From the NCBI GenBank assembly GCA_965219455.1, contig OZ244744.1:4704001-4768000 (forward strand): a stretch of 64,000 nucleotides of DNA, given 5' to 3'. Positions 58,901 to 64,000 of this stretch are shown in pieces. Under the pieces are notes generated by a model. That model did no database searches, was not told where the DNA came from, and saw only the letters and a program-made list of their open reading frames with translations. This DNA is from Candidatus Latescibacterota bacterium (GTDB lineage Bacteria; Latescibacterota; UBA2968; GCA-2709665). The position numbers and the translations under genes are program-made. The number at the start of each line of letters is the position of its first letter. Within the stretch, counting starts at the first letter, position 1.

Positions 58901-61900
58901 AACCAGGCGCCCACGTTCAGCGAAGGATCGAGCGCCACCCGCAGGTTGGCTGAGAACACGACGGGCACGCAGGACGTCGGCAATCCGGTAACCGCCACCG
59001 ACGGTGACGGCGGGACACTGCGCTACCTCCTTGGAGGCACGGACCAGTCCTCCTTCACTCTCGATGTGAACCAGCTTCAGACGGTAGCGGGCGAAACCTA
59101 CGACTACGAGGAGAAAAGCAGCTACGTCGTGACCGTGCGCGTAGAAGACGGTCAGGGCGGCAGCAATACCATCGAGGTGGCGATCAACCTGATAGACCAA
59201 CAGGAGCCGCCCGAGGCCCCGTCAGCACCCAGCGTCTCAGCGGCCTCATCAACCAGCCTGACCGTGACCTGGGATGAGCCGGCCAACACCGGTCCCGACA
59301 TCGGCGACTACGATGTGCAATACCGAGAAGGGGACAGCGGAAACTTTACCTCCTGGACACACAACAGCGCGGAACGCACCGCGACCATCACCGGTCGGAG
59401 CCCGGGCACGAGCTATGAGGTGCAGGTGCGAGCGCGCAACGACGAAGGCACGAGCGCCTGGTCCCCGTCGGGCACGGGAAGCACCGGCGCCAACCAGCCC
59501 CCGGTCTTCAACGAAGGATCGAGCGCCATCCGCCGCCTCGACGAGAACACCACGGGCGTGCAGGACGTCGGCGATCCGATAAGCGCCACCGACCCGGAGA
59601 ACACCCCCCTGACCTACGGCCTCGAAGGCACGGACAAAGATGCCTTCACCATTGACACGGGTAGTGGTCAACTTCGGACCAAATTGGATCAGACCTACGA
59701 TTACGAGACGAAGCCCCGCTATGTCCTGAGTGTCAAAGCAACCGACGGGCACGGCCGCGATCGCACCATCCTCGTGTTGATAAACCTGAACGACGTCAAC
59801 GAGCCGCCGGCGTTCACCAGCGACGCGGCTTTCGAGACGGTAGAAAATGCCACGACGGTCGGCGCAGCGGTCGCCCGTGATGAGGATAGTGCCGACAGCA
59901 TCATCGGCTAAACCCTCACCGGAGGCACCGACCGCGACCGGTTCGAGATCGACAGCGCAGGCGCGTTGACCTTCAAAGATGCTCCCAACTTCGAGGATCC
60001 CGCGGACAATGGCAGAAATAACTCATACATCGTGGTGGTCACAGCGACCGGCGGCGCGGGAGGCCGCGCCCTGACCGTAGCGCAGACGATCACCGTCACC
60101 GTCACCGACGTGAACGAACCGCCGGTCTTCACCAGTGACAATTCCCTGCAGGTCAAGGAAAACATCCGTTTTGTCGGCCCGGTAGTCGCCGAGGATGTCG
60201 ATAGTGGCGATGGCATCACCGGCTACGCGATCACCGGCGGAGCCGACGGGAGCCGCTTCGAGATCGCCGGCACGAACCAGTTGCGCTTCAAGGACGCCCC
60301 CGACTTCGAGCGTCCGGCGGATGCGGGGGGCGACAACGAAAACATCGTGGAGGTCACGGCGACCGGCGGCGCCGGGACCCGGGAGATGACGGGAACGCAG
60401 ACGATCACCGTCACCGTGGAGGACGTCGACGAACCGCCGGGCAGGCCTGATCCGGCGACGGTGAGCAACGAGACGGAAAACAGCATCACCGTGACCTGGA
60501 CCGAGCCGGCCAACACCGGGCCCGACGTCACCAATTACCATGTGCAATACCGCGACAGCGGCGCCTTCACCGATTGGCCGGACACCGGCCCGTCCCTGAC
60601 CCGCACGCTCACCGGCCTGCGCTCGGGCAGCACCTACCAGATCCGGGTACAGGCGGAGAACGACGAAGGGAAGGGTGCGTGGTCCAATTCGGCCAACGGG
60701 ACGACGCTCACCGGGCCGTCGCCAACTATAACTTTACTTCGAGGTCCCTATCTGCAGAGCGGGACGTCGTCGAGCGTCATCATCAAGTGGCGAACGGACG
60801 ACGCGACCGATAGCGTTGTGCGGTACGGCCTCGACCCGAACAGCTTGACGCTGTCGGCATCGAACGCCACCTCCACAACCGAGCACGCAGTGCAGCTCAC
60901 GGGCTTGTCCGCCGACGTCAAGTACTTCTATTCCGTGGGCACCTCATCGGTCACGCTGGCTGGCGGAGACAGCGATCATTTCGTCGTCACTGCTCCCGTC
61001 CCCGGGACGGCGAAGCCGACGCGAATCTGGGTCATCGGAGATTCCGGCACCGCCAACAGGAATGCCAGAGCCGTCCGGGATGCCTTTCTAAATTTCACGG
61101 GGTCGCGCGACCCGGACCTCTGGATCATGTTGGGCGACAACGCCTATGACGACGGAACCGACAATGAGTACCGGAAGGCGGTTTTCAATACCTACCCGCA
61201 GGTGCTGCCCAGGACCGTGCTCTGGCCGACGCTCGGAAACCATGACGGCCGCACAGCCGACTCAACCACCGAAAGTGGTCCCTATTACGAGATCTTTTCG
61301 CTCCCTCGCAACGGCGAAGCCGGCGGAGTCGCCTCAGGGACGGAAGCCTATTACTCCTTCGACTACGGGAATATGCATTTCATCTGCCTGGATTCCAAGA
61401 AAACCGACCGCTCGGCGGACGGGGCGATGATGACCTGGCTGGAAGCGGATTTAGCGGCGAACGACAGGGAATGGGTCATCGCGTTCTGGCACCACCCCCC
61501 CTATTCCAAGGGATCGGCCGACTCCGACGAGCAATGGGGCTCGATTCTCCTGCGGCAGAACGCCGTGCCCATTCTCGAGCGGTACGGCGTCGATCTGGTG
61601 CTCACCGGGCATAGTCACTCCTACGAGCGTTCCTATCTTATTGATGGCCATTACGAGCTGTCCGACACCTTTACCGACGCCATGGAGAAGAATCCCGGCG
61701 ACGGCAGCGCAACAGGCGATGGGGCCTATCAGAAGCCCGTGGCGGTTGGCGCGCCGCACGCCGGCGCCGTGTACGTAGTAGCCGGGACCGCGGGCCTCGT
61801 CAAACCAGGAGGGTCGCTGGACCACCCGGCGATGGCCGTTTCGATCAGGACTCTGGGGTCAATGGTGCTCGACGTGAACGGGCGCCGTCTTGACGCCATA

Positions 61901-62305
61901 TTCCTGGATAGTACCGGGAACATCCGGGACGACTTCACGATCCTGAAGGTCCCTGATACGATCTCGCCGCAGATTTCGTCGGTGCAAGCGCAAGGCACGC
62001 CCACCCAAGCGGTCGTCACTTTTTCCGAGTACGTTGAACAAGCCAGCGCCGAGACAGCCTCGAACTACGCCATCGACAACGGCGTGACCGTCAGTGCGGC
62101 CGGCCTGGGAGACGACGGCAGAACGGTGACTCTGACCACGACGCCCCTTACCCAGGGGATTACCTACACCCTTACGGTCAATAACGTTGTTGACCTGGCC
62201 GGCAATCCTATCGCTACCGATTCGCAGGAGCAGTTTCAGTACAACAACATCACGGGTTCTATTCAAGACGGAGTTGCGCCCACAGCGGGCTACGGGGAGC
62301 CTTAG
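55962..62305 (+). pseudogene. Giant surface protein: cohesin, dockerin/EF-hand, cadherin and FN3 repeats, purple acid phosphatase, Ig-like; interrupted
   Basis: DFDGNGLVGFSDF dockerin; ~7 cadherin and 5 FN3 repeats; poly-Pro linker; PAP motifs GDSG, GDNAY, GNHD, HHP, GHSH; frameshift at T7 (56882-88); in-frame TAA at 59909-11. Confidence 0.85.
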
Positions 62306-62309
62306 CTGA

Positions 62310-62930
62310 TTGGTTGCGATTACGGTGGGCGTTCGAGGGTATCGCCGCGCTGCTGAAAGACCCGATCAAGGGTTCCACACCACCGCAGCCGTCACCGTCG
62401 ATATCGGATTCTTGCCGCCACTGCCCTCAGACTATTTCGGATACATGTTGGTCAAATCCGCGGACTTGCCGCTGGAAGCAATTGCTGCCGAAGCCGTAAC
62501 GGTCTATCCGACGAGGCTCAGCCTGCCCGAAGACGGCAGCAACACCTGCTCGGTTGTGCTGAACGTGCAGCCAACCGCAGACGACGTGCAGGTCACTGTT
62601 CTGGAGATGCCCGACAATGCCAATGCCCCGCCGGTTTTCACCAGTGAATCCACCTTCGAGGTTGACGAAAACGAAACCATGGCCGGCACGGTAATCGCCA
62701 CGGATGCCGACGTCAGGGACTACGTCACCGGCTACGCGTTAACCGGCGGCGACGACCAGGCGCTGTTCTCAGTCAGCCGCCTGGGCGCTTTGACCTTCGA
62801 TGGAAATGGCGCGGGCGAGTGGTCTCCCTCCGCCGAGGCGACGCCCAGCAACAGGAGACCGACAGGGGAGAGCCTTTTCGCACCCGACGATCTGGTGGCT
62901 ACAGCCGGGGGCGCCGTCCCTGCGGTGTGC
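62310..62930 (+). pseudogene. Scrambled fragments of cadherin/FN3 adhesin genes
   Basis: NAPPVFTSESTFEVDENET...LTGGDDQALFS...LTF spliced directly onto the FN3 end GNGAGEWSP. Confidence 0.6.
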
Positions 62931-63005
62931 TGCTATGCGGATGTCGTGCCGCGCGTGGTCAGTTGTAAACCGTTCACTCGCCTTCACACGCCTTTCATGC
63001 TTCGC

Positions 63006-64000
63006 TCAGGCCTGTACGACCTCGAAAGCGGTAATATTGCGGGTGTTTTTACTGAACTCCACGGCTATCAGGTGGATTGGCTGGTTCAGGCTTCTATATT
63101 TGTCCGCGTATCCCTTTTCTTTTAATTGCGCCATCGCCGCCCCTTCTGATGCCATTTCAACCACTTTGAACTCGAACAGATAGACGTTGGCGTTGAAATG
63201 AACGGCCATGTCCAGACGCCCATGGCTGCTGCTGTCCTCCAGGGTGACGTCAAGCCCCAGTCCCGCGAAATAAGAGTAGAATACGCTGGCGTAGTAGCCC
63301 TCAAAATTGGCGATATCGTTGTTGGTGTACCATTCGTATGGGATGCTGGCAAAGAAGGCGTGGAAAAGGATTTCGAGGCCGGCGAAGTTTTTGGCTTCCA
63401 GCAGGCGATACAGATGCACGGTGTTCGCCATAAGACGCGTCGAGTCCTTCACCAGGTAGCGCAGCAGGCTCTCGTTGAGGCTCTGGCGCACTTCCCGATT
63501 GGGATAGCTCAGGCGATAGAGAAACTTGCCACCGAGGTTCTCGCCCTCTGTTATCGTGAGGTATCCGGTCTGGAATAAGAGTGCCTCAGTCGCTATGTGG
63601 TCAACGTCGAAGGCGGACAACAACTCGTCGCTGCCGATCATGTTATTGAGTTCAAGTGAACTGACGTGGCGTTTGAACAGGGTTTCGATGAGGAACGTGG
63701 GGGTGCCGGTCTCGAACCAGTAGGCGCCGAAGGTGCGCTTGTCGAAGAGCAGGAGGATGTCGAAAGGGTTGTACACCTTTTCGTCGCCCAGCCAACTATA
63801 GCCATTATACCAGCCGCGGATCTCGTCTCGATCCAGGCCGGGCAGTTCCGGCGCGAATACGGTGTCGAGGTCCGTCTCGGTGTAGCCACAGATAGCAGAG
63901 TAGCGCGGGTCAATGGTGATGTCGGTGAGGTTGTTGAGGCCGGAGAAGAGGCGAACTTTGGAAAATTTGCTGACGCCCGTTAGAAAGGCAAATTGGACGT
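63006..64000 (-). CDS. AAA-ATPase_like plus PD-(D/E)XK nuclease (PDDEXK_9) protein, 5' end beyond window
   Basis: LTGVSKF, WYNGY, YNPF, YWFETGTP, LFQTGYLT, YPNREV, GRLD, FEFK, QLKEKGY. Confidence 0.92.
   Translation of the reverse strand, partial: VQFAFLTGVSKFSKVRLFSGLNNLTDITIDPRYSAICGYTETDLDTVFAPELPGLDRDEIRGWYNGYSWLGDEKVYNPFDILLLFDKRTFGAYWFETGTPTFLIETLFKRHVSSLELNNMIGSDELLSAFDVDHIATEALLFQTGYLTITEGENLGGKFLYRLSYPNREVRQSLNESLLRYLVKDSTRLMANTVHLYRLLEAKNFAGLEILFHAFFASIPYEWYTNNDIANFEGYYASVFYSYFAGLGLDVTLEDSSSHGRLDMAVHFNANVYLFEFKVVEMASEGAAMAQLKEKGYADKYRSLNQPIHLIAVEFSKNTRNITAFEVVQA

Noticed and set aside
59909-59911. Programmed readthrough or alternative genetic code
   Set aside because: TAA is the normal stop of many genes here; a single C-to-A change from TAC explains it
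1-64000. tRNA/rRNA genes, integron integrase, prophage, retron or DGR reverse transcriptase
   Set aside because: No cloverleaf, rRNA signature, tyrosine recombinase, phage structural gene or RT motif was recognised

Overview
GC-rich bacterial accessory region with no rRNA, tRNA or CRISPR. The cohesin-dockerin-cadherin-FN3 surface protein, the PhyH, LLM and enolase genes, and the AAA/PD-(D/E)XK gene resemble Latescibacterota/Gemmatimonadota-type host-associated (e.g. sponge) bacteria; this taxonomy is inference. About 55 mostly short genes, nearly all on the + strand, encode GNATs, NUDIX hydrolases, His-phosphatases, methyltransferases, EamA transporters and aminoglycoside-modifier-like enzymes. 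Also present are 7-8 intact or dead toxin-antitoxin modules, a complete IS1380-family element (TIRs plus TAGT target duplication), several MITEs and REP families, a RAYT transposase relic, probable relict attC sites and many gene scraps joined at microhomologies. Highlights: (i) eight head-to-tail palindromic TAAYR-N5-CRTT boxes with exact 14-bp period upstream of a dead higB and an intact higA (42428-42540); (ii) a four-copy ~200-250 nt dispersed repeat with compensatory base changes; (iii) a broken ~2,100-aa adhesin carrying a purple acid phosphatase, preceded by a riboswitch-like leader; (iv) a three-gene mosaic at 55113-55598. All calls come from reading motifs by eye, without database searches.
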